From the NCBI GenBank assembly GCA_964106915.2, contig OZ066917.1: a stretch of DNA of 64,000 nt. The stretch is one strand, 5' to 3'. The notes below the pieces were generated by a model. The model worked only from the letters and a program-made list of their open reading frames with translations. It searched no databases and was not told where the DNA came from. The translations under genes were made by a program, and so were the position numbers. Positions within the stretch are counted from its first letter, which is position 1, and each line of letters starts with the position of its first letter. The stretch comes from Podarcis gaigeae (lineage: Eukaryota). Positions 62,716 to 64,000 of this stretch are shown here, in pieces.

Positions 62716-64000
62716 AAAAAATATGCCAGCCATCCTGAGCTGAGAGACAGATATCAGAGGCAAAAGCAGAGTTTTTAGTTTGGTTTTGCTGCTGGTGATG
62801 ATGTAAGCAGAAGGAAAAAGAATTGCATTTTGCAAGCAGTTTGCAAGCTGGAAAAGGGAGGATCAGAGCAATGTGAATCCAAGGAGGCAGTAATGGGAGA
62901 AACAGGACCCTCTTGGAGCCCCTCCATCTTAGGCTCAGGTTATATATGTGTATAAATAAACCATATTTCATAAAGACACTACAGTCTCCACTGCGTCTCA
63001 TTTTTAAAGGAAACACAGACCCTGGTAAATATGGCTGGTACCCCTGGAATCTTGCACCACTAAGAGATTGGGCTGGCGTGTAAATATATATTTTTTGAAG
63101 TTCTTCACAGTCTGCTTGGCTCCCCGCACCATCCTGAATAATTTTGTGACCAGTTGAAGAACAGAATGGGAGGGACAGCATCTCTGTGTGTAAATTATAG
63201 ACACTATCACTGCAAGAAGACAACCCTACTTGTTATAGCAGAAAAAAGTGAGTCCTTCTCTGCAATTAGGCTATCATTCCAATTGTAATACATTTACCTA
63301 AAATGTACTACCTTGATTATTGTTTACTGCATATGTCAAAGTGTGTATTCAGGCAAATGACTTCTAGCCATTATTTTCATCTTTCTGCTGAAACCATGTC
63401 TGTTACGCTAGTGAGCTTCACAACAATATATATATGTTAGCACGCGGTGATAAGAATACAAACATCACTGTGCCACTCACCAACTTGACAGTAAATTAAA
63501 ACCATGGTTATATCACTTTAGCTTGCATTCTTTCCATACCACAGGTCACCATGCCCCAAGGAGATTGTCTTCCAAAATATTGGCCAACTACACTCACAGG
63601 AAGATTCTGTTGAGTCTAGCCAAGAGAGATGAATAAATGTTGGCTGGAATATACTAGGTCGATGGAGTGTCTGAAAGATTATTTGACATTACAAGACAAA
63701 CAAAGCCAACTGTGGGCGCAGTCTGCTTGCTAAGCGTCAACAGGATCTTTTTGCACTAAGTTCAATGGGAGAAGGCTCTGTAATTAATCTTCATGAGTAA
63801 TGCGTAGGTTTCCAAAACATTCTAATTTCCCACAATCATCCTTTATTTATGCCCAGATAAGTAAATGTTCTTAGGGCAGCTACACCGCTCTGTAGAAGAA
63901 CTGTCCCAAGTCTATGAACACCATCTTTATTTAATTTAACTGGCTTTCCAAACTTTCCCCTAAGAATTACAAAAAAACTCTTAGTTTTGCCTAAAGAAAT

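Larger units (their letters stand above)
61191..63084 (+). mobile_element. Solo LTR (Gypsy-like, ~600 bp net) split by nested insertions
   Basis: Starts TGTTATG and ends GTGTAA(A), with TATAT on both flanks and an internal AATAAA near 62956. Homologous to 10530-11173. Confidence 0.7.

Noticed and set aside
62522-63223. 233-aa minus-strand ORF
   Set aside because: It runs antisense across the LINE tail, the LTR and unique flank, so it is a chance chimera.

Overview
Vertebrate genomic DNA, almost certainly from a squamate and probably a lacertid lizard, judging from the Sauria SINEs and the L2/CR1/hAT repeat content. There is one protein-coding gene, NRIP1 (RIP140 nuclear-receptor corepressor), on the + strand. 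Its whole CDS (15217-18726, 1169 aa) lies in one terminal exon. That exon starts at a splice acceptor near 14865 and runs through a ~4.9 kb 3' UTR to AATAAA at 23634. A candidate upstream non-coding exon lies at 5543-5727. The rest is intron and gene-poor downstream DNA with many transposon remnants, microsatellites and one assembly gap. I found no convincing new biological system. The most noteworthy items are: a four-level nested insertion (solo LTR > LINE > Sauria SINE > unknown 207-bp GC-rich insert); a uORF-rich leader with a fully open upstream exon; divergence of one CtBP-binding motif in RIP140; a Pumilio/miRNA site cluster in the distal 3' UTR; and two foldback elements. Repeat family names come from recalled motifs, not from database searches.
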